Assembly (NCBI GenBank): GCA_963737155.1
Contig: CAVTRN010000002.1
Location: 832,001 to 896,000 of the forward strand
Length of the DNA stretch: 64,000 nucleotides
Reading direction: 5' to 3'
Source of the DNA: Nitrospirota bacterium
Lineage (GTDB): Bacteria > Nitrospirota > UBA9217
Below the pieces are notes generated by a model that saw only the letters and a program-made list of their open reading frames with translations, was not told where the DNA came from and searched no databases. Within the stretch, counting starts at the first letter, position 1; each line of letters starts with the position of its first letter. This document shows positions 48,282 to 57,677 of the stretch, piece after piece. The position numbers were made by a program, and so were the translations under genes.

Positions 48282-48938
48282 ATGTGTATGCTACGTGATA
48301 AAATATGGTCGCAAAAATATTGGTTCTCACCGCCGCATAAACAGTTGTTTAGTGCAGGATATGCGTTGATTATTGTAGTCATCTTTTTTTTACTTTCCTA
48401 TGGGACATATACAAGAAATAAATATTGGCAAAAAAACGAAATAGAAATTTGGGAGGGTGTAGCAGCAAAATCGCCAGCGAAGTTCCGTCCTCATTATAAT
48501 TTAGGTGTCCTGTATGACAAACAGGGTCGTCTCACGGATGCTGTAACAGAACTGCTGACTGCAATTAGGCTGGAGCCGGATAACGCGAAAGCACACAACA
48601 ATCTGGGCTACATTTATGGGAAACAAAATCACCTTGAGGAAGCTGTCAAGGAATTGAAAGTCGCCATTAGATTGGACCCTAATCACTATTTAGCTTACAA
48701 AAACCTGCAAACGGCGTATGAACATTTGGGCGAATTTGATGAGGCTGAAAGGGCTCGAAAAGATGCTGACGCTGTGTCTCATTATGAGAAGGGAAGATTA
48801 CTAGCCAAGCAAGGACATTTGGAGGAAGCCATAAGAGAACTGCAGACCTCCATTATGTTAAAGCCGGATTATGAGATAGCAAATCGTGAGCTAAGCGTGC
48901 TCAGTTCCAAAAGAACTATGGAGGGCCCTGTAAAATAG
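48282..48938 (+). CDS. TPR protein; C-terminal part of a TMTC-like protein
   Basis: One TM, then TYTRNKYW...WEGVAAKSPAKFRPHYNLG (compare TYARNMVW...KSPYKARAYNNLG in 61157-63421) and TPRs; no GT-C domain. Confidence 0.75.
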   Translation: MCMLRDKIWSQKYWFSPPHKQLFSAGYALIIVVIFFLLSYGTYTRNKYWQKNEIEIWEGVAAKSPAKFRPHYNLGVLYDKQGRLTDAVTELLTAIRLEPDNAKAHNNLGYIYGKQNHLEEAVKELKVAIRLDPNHYLAYKNLQTAYEHLGEFDEAERARKDADAVSHYEKGRLLAKQGHLEEAIRELQTSIMLKPDYEIANRELSVLSSKRTMEGPVK

Positions 48939-49107
48939 ATTGTATAAATGACCAAAGTCGGTATATGCCACCGAAACGGAGAAACTAATGGCGGCGAAAA
49001 CGACCTTCCTGACGCTTTAATTGTCAAGGCGGTATCAGCAGTTGCAACTTTCTGAAACCGTGCACTCACTACCTAAACCGAATTTTGTGGTTGATTTTGT
49101 CTACAGC

Positions 49108-49155
49108 TCTCCCTGTTCGATCATCTCGACTATGGTTGATATTTCGATTCCTTAG
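49108..49155 (+). repeat. Direct repeat, left of the TA module
   Basis: 43/48 identical to 49963-50010. Confidence 0.85.
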
Positions 49156-49228
49156 GCTAAAATCCATTGCGAAAAATGTTGATAAACATGATTCATTGTG
49201 CTATAGTTTATAGTGTTATAGGGGTGAT

Positions 49229-49588
49229 GTGCGGGTATTCAAGACAAAGTGGTTCATGCGCTACGCGCGGCAGGAACGGATTAAGGATCATAACTTATGT
49301 GACGCCATCAAGCGTGCGGAACGTGGGCTTGTGGATGCTGATTTAGGCGGCGGAATCATCAAACAGCGAGTAGCGAGAACAGGAAAAGGCCGCTCGGGCG
49401 GTTTCCGGTTGATCATTGCCTACCGCGTCGGCAATCTGGCTGTGTTCCTTTACGGTTTCGCGAAAAGCGAACAGGAAAACATCGATGCAGATGAACTGAA
49501 AACGCTGCGAGAGATCGGGGCGGAATGGCTTGCGGCTAAAAAGAGCACCTTAAAAATGCAATTAAGGAAGGAATTCTACGGGAGGTAA
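49229..49588 (+). CDS. RelE/HigB-family type II toxin
   Basis: RVFKTKWF, DADLGGGIIKQRVAR.GKGRSGGFR, FLYGFAKS. Confidence 0.85.
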   Translation: MRVFKTKWFMRYARQERIKDHNLCDAIKRAERGLVDADLGGGIIKQRVARTGKGRSGGFRLIIAYRVGNLAVFLYGFAKSEQENIDADELKTLREIGAEWLAAKKSTLKMQLRKEFYGR

Positions 49589-49591
49589 CCT

Positions 49592-49930
49592 GTGAGGACA
49601 AAAAAAGTGAAACATAGTCGGCTAACGCAAGCGCTACTTGAAACGGCCAATGACATGAAAAAAGTCGGCATTCTAAGCGAGACAGCATACGAAAAAATCA
49701 CCATGCGTCACCACGGTATCGAGAACAATTCCAGGATTGAACCTTTAACCGGTGAAGAAATACGCTTGATGCGCAAACAAGCGCATATGAGCCAGGCGGT
49801 ATTTGCCCACTATCTTAACGTAACGGCTGGTTATGTGTCGCAATTGGAGCGTGGCGCAAAGCGTCCAACAGGCGCGGCACTCGTGCTGCTGAATGTAATT
49901 CACCGCAAAGGGATTGAGGCTATTCTCTAA
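49592..49930 (+). CDS. XRE-family HTH antitoxin (HigA-like)
   Basis: IRLMRKQAHMSQAVFA..LNV...VSQLERGAKRPTGAAL; downstream of the toxin. Confidence 0.87.
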   Translation: MRTKKVKHSRLTQALLETANDMKKVGILSETAYEKITMRHHGIENNSRIEPLTGEEIRLMRKQAHMSQAVFAHYLNVTAGYVSQLERGAKRPTGAALVLLNVIHRKGIEAIL

Positions 49931-49962
49931 TCTTCCCCCGCGGCCTGCCCGGCCCCAACAAT

Positions 49963-50010
49963 TCTCCTTGTTCGATCATCTCGACTATGGTTGATATCTC
50001 GGCTCCGTAG
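49963..50010 (+). repeat. Direct repeat, right of the TA module
   Basis: 43/48 identical to 49108-49155. Confidence 0.85.
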
Positions 50011-51021
50011 CGGCGCACCTCTTCCTCAGGTTCATACGTCGTTTCCGTATTTCGGAGGGTTGCTTGTCTTGGCGGTTATTAGGAGTGTTGGCTGGTATGG
50101 TTGACGTTTACGGCTTCAATGTCGGGCAGATTAAGGATGCTCATAGGTTTTCACGTATCGGACTAAGCCGCGGGGATATTTTCTCCTTTGACCATTTTTT
50201 CAAGACCTGCAACCAGGTCCTTCAGGATATCTTCCTTAACCTGCGCATATTCTCGATGTCTTCCTGGACCTGCGCAACTTTACTTTTGATGGTATTGATC
50301 TTTTCCAGGATTTCGTAATTGGGCATCTTGTTCAAATTGACGCTGGCAATAATAAATTATTTACAATTGAAAAAACACGGAATACGAAAGTAATCCAAAA
50401 AATATCTTGAGGGAGTAGTAAAATGACCCAGTTTATAGTAACATTTCTGGATACGTTTAAAAAGGTGGCGGTCTTTTCTTCAAACAAGAGCCTTTTAAAC
50501 GGCCTGATAAGTGACCAAAACGAAAAAACCAATGGCTGATAAAGACGATCTTCTTGACGCTTAATTGTCAATGAAGTATTGGTTAGTCGGTATATGACAG
50601 ATGCAAGGGCATCGTTGATACTTTTTAATATTAGACTTGAGTCAACGATGTCTCACCCTCTGCCAATTAGCACGAAGATAAATCTTTCCGGATGTTATTT
50701 CAACCCAGAGTTCTGTGCCAAGAGTTATATGTTTGAGCCGTTTGCATTGCCTCCAATTATCTCTTGTCTTTGCTGGCAGTTTATACCCGACTCCTGCACT
50801 TGATTGAAAACTTGCAGGCTTTTGCCCGCTCTTTATCGGTATTTTTCGTGTATCAAATTGCGCGCACGAAGGTATTTTCAAGTTAGGTGAAAAAATAATC
50901 AATGAATCAAAGCCTTTATTGATAAAGGATGAAAGCGTTTATATCACGAAAAGAGTGCAAGATTCAGATTATAACACAACGAAATTCGCGTCTTTGGCAG
51001 TGAAGAGAAATCAATAGTCTT

Positions 51022-52788
51022 ATGTTATCTTCGACCGGAATATTGAGCCTTGCCGGCTGGCGTCTCCGGCTTGCATCTTACGCTGCGATAATCATTCTCA
51101 TTGCTATCGCATACGGAGGCAGCCTGCATAACGGCTTTGTATGGGATGATGAAACATTTATCGTAAACAACAAATATGTCCATGATATTTCACGCTGGCA
51201 AGAGTATTTCACGATCCCGGAATCCATATCGACCGTACCCAAATTATCGAGTATGTACAGGCCGATACAGACGTTTTCGTTTGCCCTCGATGCATTCCTG
51301 TGGGGAGATAATCCTGCCGGCTATCATTTTACCTCATTGCTATTGCATTTCGCATGCTGTGCCGCGATTGTTTTTGCATTTTCTGGCATCGTAGGCTTAA
51401 ACGCAGCCTTGGCTGGCGCGGTAATCTTTGCCATTCACCCGGCACTCTCGGAAGGGGTCCTCAGTCTGGCGGCACGAGGTAACCAACTGTACACATTATT
51501 TTCGCTCCTCTCATTCGGTTTCTTTGTCAGAACGAATTACCGCTTCGGCATGAATTACGCTCTCTGTGTTGTCACCCTGTTATTGGCCCTATTTTCGAAA
51601 GAGCAGGGCATTGCCGTTATTGCCTTGTTGCCGGTCGCACAAGTCGTGTTGGGAAAGCCTTGGAAAGTTAACAATATACGCTCGATTTTTCTTTATATCC
51701 CGTTGGCTCTGGCAACGGCATTGTTTCTGGTGGTGCGGGCACACGTCGCCGGTACCGTCCTGGTCGCTCCGTACTGGGGAGGCACCCTGTGGTCAACCGT
51801 GCAGATGCAAGCGAAGGCCTTCGTAACGTATCTCTCTCTGCTGGTATATCCCTTCAACCTTCGCGGACGTTACGACATAACTGTCCCCGCCCAGTTTCCG
51901 GATTTATGGGTTATCGGTGCATTCGCCATAAACGTCCTCTTCATAGCGGGAAGCTTTTTTCTTTATCGCAAGGGAAACAGGGGAAAATTAATCGCTTTCG
52001 CCGCCGCGTGGTTTTATCTGTCTCTGGCTCCGGTGTCCAACATAATTCCCATTCCCGGGTCCATGATGGGTGAACGCTTTATCTACTTTACTTTTGCGGG
52101 CATGCTGCCCCTTCTTGCCGCTGTCGTTGAACAATCGCTTAGAGGGAAACCGCTGCTGATATATGCATCCTGCGGCGCTGTTCTTTCCCTTGCCTGGGTG
52201 GCTACCGATATTGCAAGAACGCCCGTCTGGAGAGACAATAGAAGCTTTTTTACTCTAGCTGTTAGGCAAACCCCGACGAGCATGGCCGTGCAGAGCAAAA
52301 TGGCCGAAGAAGAGATTGCGTCTAATGATTTCGGCGCAGCCCTAAGACGGATAGACAGGGTACTGAGCAATCGTTCAAAGTATCAGGTTGATGAAGTTAC
52401 GATCGATTTTCACCTATTGCGCGGGAGAGCATTATTGGGAGCCAATAGGCCTGTAGAAGCGTATAACGAATTTAAGGTCTATACAGACTTTCACAAGAAC
52501 ATATCGAAGGATCTTGCCATGTTACTCGCTGAGGCCGCTGCTCGTTCAGGCAATTTGAAAGATGCCATTTTATTGCTTAAAGGAGAATTGATAAACTCGG
52601 GAGAGGATGACAAATTATGGAACGACCTCGGAAACGTCTATCTTGTGATGAAAGATTTTCCATCTGCCGTTGACTGTTATAAACATGCGCTAAGCATTAA
52701 TCCAGGCAACAATGAAGCAGCCTCTAATCTTCAGTTTGCACTCAGTAATAGCCCTTATTCGAAAGATCATCCCGGAGCTTCAAAATAG
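51022..52788 (+). CDS. TMTC-like multi-TM GT-C glycosyltransferase with C-terminal TPRs
   Basis: FVWDD in the first loop, YRP, FAIHP..SE, SKE, ERFIY, many TMs, C-terminal TPR. Confidence 0.75.
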   Translation: MLSSTGILSLAGWRLRLASYAAIIILIAIAYGGSLHNGFVWDDETFIVNNKYVHDISRWQEYFTIPESISTVPKLSSMYRPIQTFSFALDAFLWGDNPAGYHFTSLLLHFACCAAIVFAFSGIVGLNAALAGAVIFAIHPALSEGVLSLAARGNQLYTLFSLLSFGFFVRTNYRFGMNYALCVVTLLLALFSKEQGIAVIALLPVAQVVLGKPWKVNNIRSIFLYIPLALATALFLVVRAHVAGTVLVAPYWGGTLWSTVQMQAKAFVTYLSLLVYPFNLRGRYDITVPAQFPDLWVIGAFAINVLFIAGSFFLYRKGNRGKLIAFAAAWFYLSLAPVSNIIPIPGSMMGERFIYFTFAGMLPLLAAVVEQSLRGKPLLIYASCGAVLSLAWVATDIARTPVWRDNRSFFTLAVRQTPTSMAVQSKMAEEEIASNDFGAALRRIDRVLSNRSKYQVDEVTIDFHLLRGRALLGANRPVEAYNEFKVYTDFHKNISKDLAMLLAEAAARSGNLKDAILLLKGELINSGEDDKLWNDLGNVYLVMKDFPSAVDCYKHALSINPGNNEAASNLQFALSNSPYSKDHPGASK

Positions 52789-52937
52789 CCTCTCCTGGCA
52801 GTCCGTTGCGGATAAAAAAATCAGCGCGATATCCTCATAGCGAAAGCACCATTGAAAAAATTTATAATCGAATGAGACCCATAGATAGTGAGAGCGTAAA
52901 TTTTTAGTATATGACTGCTCTACTGATGGAACAAGAG

Positions 52938-53010
52938 AAATATAAACTCTTTGCGAGAAGGGAACATAAAATTACGAGCCTTGAAAGGCCAGGATAGCCG
53001 CCGCCGAAGG
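52938..53010 (+). ncRNA. Possible degenerate cyclic-dinucleotide (GEMM / c-di-GMP-I) riboswitch
   Basis: TAAAC-TCTTT-GCGA-GAAGGG, then AAAA-TTAC-GAGCCT-TGAA-AGGC...GATAGCCG..GCCGAA follows GEMM element order. A hairpin plus T-run (~53066-53090) precedes the downstream gene. Several consensus positions differ. Confidence 0.35.
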
Positions 53011-53140
53011 AAATACGTTTGTCATGCCCGGCATTTTAATTTAAAGCAGTGATTTGCGCAGAACCTATCGAACTTCGATAAGCTTTTTTTGTGTTGTTTG
53101 GATGAGTGTAGAGCGTTATGATTGATGCTAAAAGGAGTTC

Positions 53141-56100
53141 ATGATGAAAAGGTTATCCAGCATTTTGATACTAGTCCTTTCGACTGCGGTGCTGTTCTCC
53201 GCCTGCGCCGGAGGTGGCGGGGCGGCCGGAAGTACGACCTCAAAACCCACATATATCGTAATTTATAGCGGCAACGGCAGTACCGGCGGCCTTTTCCCAA
53301 TTGACTCAACCACCTACGTGCAGGGGCAGACTGTCACGGTAATCGGGAATTCAGGCAACTTCGTAAAGGTCGGCTATTCCTTTTCGGGCTGGAATACCCA
53401 AGCTGATGGGTCTGGAACGACCTATACTCAGGGGCAGACCTTCATGATGGGCTCGGCAAATGTCACTTTGTACGCGAGGTGGACCACAAACCCCACCTAT
53501 ACTGTAACCTATAATGGCAACGGCAATACTAGCGGTATCGTCCCTGTTAGTTCAACCAACTACGAGCAGGGGCAGACTGTTACGGTGCTCGGGAATACAG
53601 GCAACCTCGTGGAAACCAACTATTCTTTCCTAGGCTGGAATACCCAAGCTGACGGATCTGGAACGACCTATACTCAGGGGCAAACCTTCACGATGGGTGC
53701 GGCAAATGTTACCCTGTACGCGGTGTGGACTGAAACCTCCACCTATACCGTAACCTATAACGGCAACAGCAGTACCGACGGCATTGTCCCGGTTGACTCA
53801 ACCAACTATGAGCAGGGGCAGACCGTTACGGTGCTCGGGAATACCGGCAACCTCGTAAAGACCAACTATTCTTTTTCAGGCTGGAACACACAGGCTAACG
53901 GAACCGGAACGACCTATACTCAAGGGCAGACCTTCATGGTGGGTGTGGCAAATGTTACCCTGTACGCGGTGTGGACTGCAACCACCACCTATACCGTAAC
54001 CTATGTCGGCAACGGCAATACAGGCGGCATTGTCCCGGTTAATTCAACCAATTACGCGCAGGGGCAGACTGTCACGGTACTCGGCAATACTGGCAACCTT
54101 GTATATACCGGATACTCCTTCGCGGGCTGGAACACACAGGCTAACGGGACCGGAACGACCTATACTCAGGCGCAGACCTTCGCGATGGGGTCGGCAAATG
54201 TTACTTTGTACGCGAGGTGGACCACAAACCCCACCTATACTGTAACCTATAACGGCAATGGCAGTACTGGCGGCAGCGTCCCGGTTGATTCAGACAACTA
54301 TGAGCAGGGGCAGATTGTTACGGTGCTCGGGAATACAGGCAACCTCGTGGAAACCAACTATTCCTTCGTAGGCTGGAATACGCAGGCTGATGGGTCTGGA
54401 ACGACCTATACTCAGGGGCAGACCTTCACGATGGGCGTGGCAAATGTTAATCTGTATGCGGTGTGGACTGCAAACCCCACCTATACCGTAACGTATAACG
54501 GCAACGGCAATACCGGCGGCAGCGTCCCGGCTGATTCAAACAACTATGAGCAGGGGCAGACCGTTACGGTGCTCGGGAATGCAGGTAATCTCGTAGAAAC
54601 CAACTATTCCTTCTTAGGCTGGAACACTCAGGCTAACGGATCCGGAACGACCTATATGCAGGGGCAAACCTTCACGATGGGCACGGCAAATGTTACCCTG
54701 TATGCGGTGTGGACTGCAAGCTCCACACATACTGTAACCTATAACGGCAACGGTAGTACCGGCGGCATTGTCCCTATTGACTCAACCAACTACACGCAGG
54801 GGCAGACCGTTACGGTACTCGGCAATACTGGTAACCTTGTTTATACCGGATACTCCTTCGCGGGCTGGAACACGCAGGCTAACGGGACCGGAACGACCTA
54901 TACGCAGGGGCAAACATTCGCGATGGGTACGGCAAACGTTACCCTGTACGCGGTGTGGACTCTTGCACCACTTTCCGCTCCTGCAGGTGTAACTGCTAAA
55001 TCCGGCAATGGTCAAGCGGTTATCGTTTGGAGTGCGGTACAGGGCGCATTATCGTACAATGTTTACTGGTCAACGACAGCAGCAAACGCTACAAAGCTTT
55101 CAGGATTCAAATTTGCGGGCGTTACAAGCCCTTTCACACATGCTGGATTAACCAATGGCTTAACCTACTACTATACCGTTACGGCGGTTAATGCAAATAT
55201 GGAAAGTGTGGACTCAACTGTTGTGTCAGCAATGCCCAAAGTAGTAACACTGGTGGGCGGCTCTGTGCAGGGAATACCCCTTAATATTGCGGGCTTGGTT
55301 AGCACATTGGTAGGCTATAATTCGATAGGCTCTACCTTGTTTACAAACATGACTACAGATGGTGCTAATCTCTATGTTGCAGACAGATATAACAATAAGA
55401 TCTATAAGATTGCAATATCGACGGGCGCTATAACCACTATCGCGGGTAACGGCTTTCCCGGGTATACAAATGGCATAGGCACTGCCGCCAGTTTTAATAT
55501 ACCGTGGGGGATAACGACAGATGGAACTAACCTCTATGTGGCTGATTATAATAACTGTACCATTCGGCAGATCGTGATCTCAACAGGGCTAGTGACCACC
55601 CTTGCAGGTACAGAAGGCGTAATAGGTTCCACTAACGGCACAGGCGCTACCGCGAGCTTTGATGGTCCCACCGGCATTACTACGGACGGCACAAATCTCT
55701 ACGTATTAGACAATGGAAGTGCCATCCGAAAGATCGTGATAGCTACTGGCGTGGTGACTACACTTGTAGCTCCTGCAGATTTCCTGGCCTATGGGATAAC
55801 GACAGATGGGACTAATCTTTACGTTGCTGACTTTTCTAACTTTGTAATTCTAAAATATGTAATTGCCACCGGCGTGGTTTCTACATTAGCCGGGGACACG
55901 GGAAATGCTGGTTGCGCCGATGGCACGGGTACAGCGGCGAATTTTTATTATCCTTTCGGGATTACAACAGATGGGACAAATCTCTATGTGACTGATTCTG
56001 TTAATATGACGATTCGTGAGATTGTGATATCAACTGGTCAGGTGATCACTCTTGCGGGAACGGCACCACAATCGGGGTGTCCAGTTGGCATTATACCAAC

Positions 56101-56194
56101 GGTAAACTTCTCTATACCATATGGTATAACTACTAATGGAATTAATCTTTACGTAGCTGATGAAGGGACCGAATCAATTTGGGAAATTCAGTAA
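53141..56194 (+). CDS. Large surface lipoprotein: 7 InlB-B/Flg_new-like repeats, FN3 domain and NHL-like beta-propeller
   Basis: Lipobox LFSAC; repeats YTVTYNGNG..GWNTQA.G.GTTY..LYA.W; FN3 (YNVYW, GLTNGLTYYYTVTAVN); GITTDGTNLYV repeats. Confidence 0.9.
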   Translation: MMKRLSSILILVLSTAVLFSACAGGGGAAGSTTSKPTYIVIYSGNGSTGGLFPIDSTTYVQGQTVTVIGNSGNFVKVGYSFSGWNTQADGSGTTYTQGQTFMMGSANVTLYARWTTNPTYTVTYNGNGNTSGIVPVSSTNYEQGQTVTVLGNTGNLVETNYSFLGWNTQADGSGTTYTQGQTFTMGAANVTLYAVWTETSTYTVTYNGNSSTDGIVPVDSTNYEQGQTVTVLGNTGNLVKTNYSFSGWNTQANGTGTTYTQGQTFMVGVANVTLYAVWTATTTYTVTYVGNGNTGGIVPVNSTNYAQGQTVTVLGNTGNLVYTGYSFAGWNTQANGTGTTYTQAQTFAMGSANVTLYARWTTNPTYTVTYNGNGSTGGSVPVDSDNYEQGQIVTVLGNTGNLVETNYSFVGWNTQADGSGTTYTQGQTFTMGVANVNLYAVWTANPTYTVTYNGNGNTGGSVPADSNNYEQGQTVTVLGNAGNLVETNYSFLGWNTQANGSGTTYMQGQTFTMGTANVTLYAVWTASSTHTVTYNGNGSTGGIVPIDSTNYTQGQTVTVLGNTGNLVYTGYSFAGWNTQANGTGTTYTQGQTFAMGTANVTLYAVWTLAPLSAPAGVTAKSGNGQAVIVWSAVQGALSYNVYWSTTAANATKLSGFKFAGVTSPFTHAGLTNGLTYYYTVTAVNANMESVDSTVVSAMPKVVTLVGGSVQGIPLNIAGLVSTLVGYNSIGSTLFTNMTTDGANLYVADRYNNKIYKIAISTGAITTIAGNGFPGYTNGIGTAASFNIPWGITTDGTNLYVADYNNCTIRQIVISTGLVTTLAGTEGVIGSTNGTGATASFDGPTGITTDGTNLYVLDNGSAIRKIVIATGVVTTLVAPADFLAYGITTDGTNLYVADFSNFVILKYVIATGVVSTLAGDTGNAGCADGTGTAANFYYPFGITTDGTNLYVTDSVNMTIREIVISTGQVITLAGTAPQSGCPVGIIPTVNFSIPYGITTNGINLYVADEGTESIWEIQ
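53249..54970 (+). repeat. Seven tandem 246-bp (82-aa) coding repeats
   Basis: Units start at 53249 and 53495 (246-bp period); seven units are visible in the translation. Confidence 0.9.
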
Positions 56195-56201
56195 AACGAA
56201 A

Positions 56202-56238
56202 ATTATTAGTATCCCCTCGTATCGGGACTGTTAATAAT
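56202..56238. terminator. Stem-loop between convergent genes
   Basis: ATTATTAGTA-TCCC...GGGA-CTGTTAATAAT imperfect inverted repeat right after the lipoprotein stop. Confidence 0.4.
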
Positions 56239-56327
56239 GAGGGCTAGGCGGAGGAACCGTGACAACCGCGCCTCGGGGATGATCCCTTGAGTATTGCCTC
56301 GATTCCACCCTAATTAGATAAGCTTTT

Positions 56328-57473
56328 TCACTCGCTGGGATAATACTTCTTAAGTGTCAGCCGCAGAGCATGTTCGCTAAATCTTCCGGTTATAAATTTA
56401 TTTCCAGCCTTGCCTATCCCTTCGCGCAAGGCCTTGTCGTTCAATAATTGTACGACCTTTACCGCAAATTCCTCAGCCTTATCGGCGATCAGGAGATGTT
56501 CTCCAGGTGTTGCGCCGATCCCTTCGTTGCCGATGGATGTTGTCACTACGGGTGTCCCGGCTGCAAGAGCGTCGAGTATCTTGACGATAATTCCACCGCC
56601 CGTCAGGAGAGGGGCGACGAAAACCGTGCAGGTCTTATAGAATGGTTCAATGTCCTCGACAAAGCCGGTAATAAAAGTGTTCTCGTCCTTATCTGCGAGC
56701 GCACGTACCTCGGGGAGCGGCCTGCTGCCCACAATATAAAATTTCACGTCAGGGACGTGCTTGCGTATAAGCGGAAGTATGTCATTCCAGAAATAGAGCA
56801 CGGTCTCGACATTCGGTCCCCGATCCATGGCAGCAAGGAACAGGAGCGTTTTCTCTTCTCTGGCGAATATTCGGTCCGAGAAATCCATGCCCGCAGGATG
56901 CGTAAGCACCTGCGCGTTGAGGGAGGGGGACAGGGATAAAAGGTATTGTCGGTCATATTCGGAACGAACGAACACAACTTCATATCGTCGGAAGAGCAGC
57001 GGTTCCACCAATTTAACAGCGTGATACAAAAGACCAAACACGAGCCACCGGACCCCGCGTGCGTTTCGGAATCTTCGCTCCATGGGTTTGGTGATGATGT
57101 CGTGGGCATCGATGAACATCCTGCCGCGCTTCCTTAAGAAAAGGCCGGTCTCGGTCCACTCCGCTAGCACAACATCAAACGTTCCAAGACGGGAGAGCCT
57201 GTTCGCCTCCCTGCAGAGCGTATAATAGGAATACACGACCCTAGGAATGGTCAGAATATTTCTTCTGATTGGTCGCTTATATCGAACGGGAGTGACGGAG
57301 GAGCAGAAGGCGCGAACAGGCCCGAGAACATCCTCCATCCCTTCAGGCACCCTGACGACGAGGTGAACTTCATGTCGCTCCGCGAGTATTTTGATAATTT
57401 CAAAAACCTCTCGCTCCCCGGCCTGGACCGCGCGTGGAGCCGGGACATGGGGCGCTATCAGGAGAATTTTCAT
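56328..57473 (-). CDS. GT4-family glycosyltransferase
   Basis: PN...YF...ILPLI, FYIVG, ITGFVEDI, VAPL..GGG...KILDALAAGTPVVTT..GNEG. Confidence 0.88.
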   Translation of the reverse strand: MKILLIAPHVPAPRAVQAGEREVFEIIKILAERHEVHLVVRVPEGMEDVLGPVRAFCSSVTPVRYKRPIRRNILTIPRVVYSYYTLCREANRLSRLGTFDVVLAEWTETGLFLRKRGRMFIDAHDIITKPMERRFRNARGVRWLVFGLLYHAVKLVEPLLFRRYEVVFVRSEYDRQYLLSLSPSLNAQVLTHPAGMDFSDRIFAREEKTLLFLAAMDRGPNVETVLYFWNDILPLIRKHVPDVKFYIVGSRPLPEVRALADKDENTFITGFVEDIEPFYKTCTVFVAPLLTGGGIIVKILDALAAGTPVVTTSIGNEGIGATPGEHLLIADKAEEFAVKVVQLLNDKALREGIGKAGNKFITGRFSEHALRLTLKKYYPSE

Positions 57474-57677
57474 AGTATTGGACCAAGGGAGGAATTAAGC
57501 AAAATACCGTTTAACACTTGCAACGTACATGTGGGCGGTTTACAAGGACAAAAAAGGCTGGAGCCAGAAACTATGCCGTCAGAAAAAAATCAGACGACAC
57601 AAAAACCGGTAGCAGCATCTATCAGGCAATAAACGAACTACTACCTCTTTTTAGATGCCCACAGGTAATCCTTCCTC

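Noticed and set aside
53249-54970. Regular repeats considered as a CRISPR array
   Set aside because: 246-bp in-frame coding repeats with no unique spacers and no cas genes.
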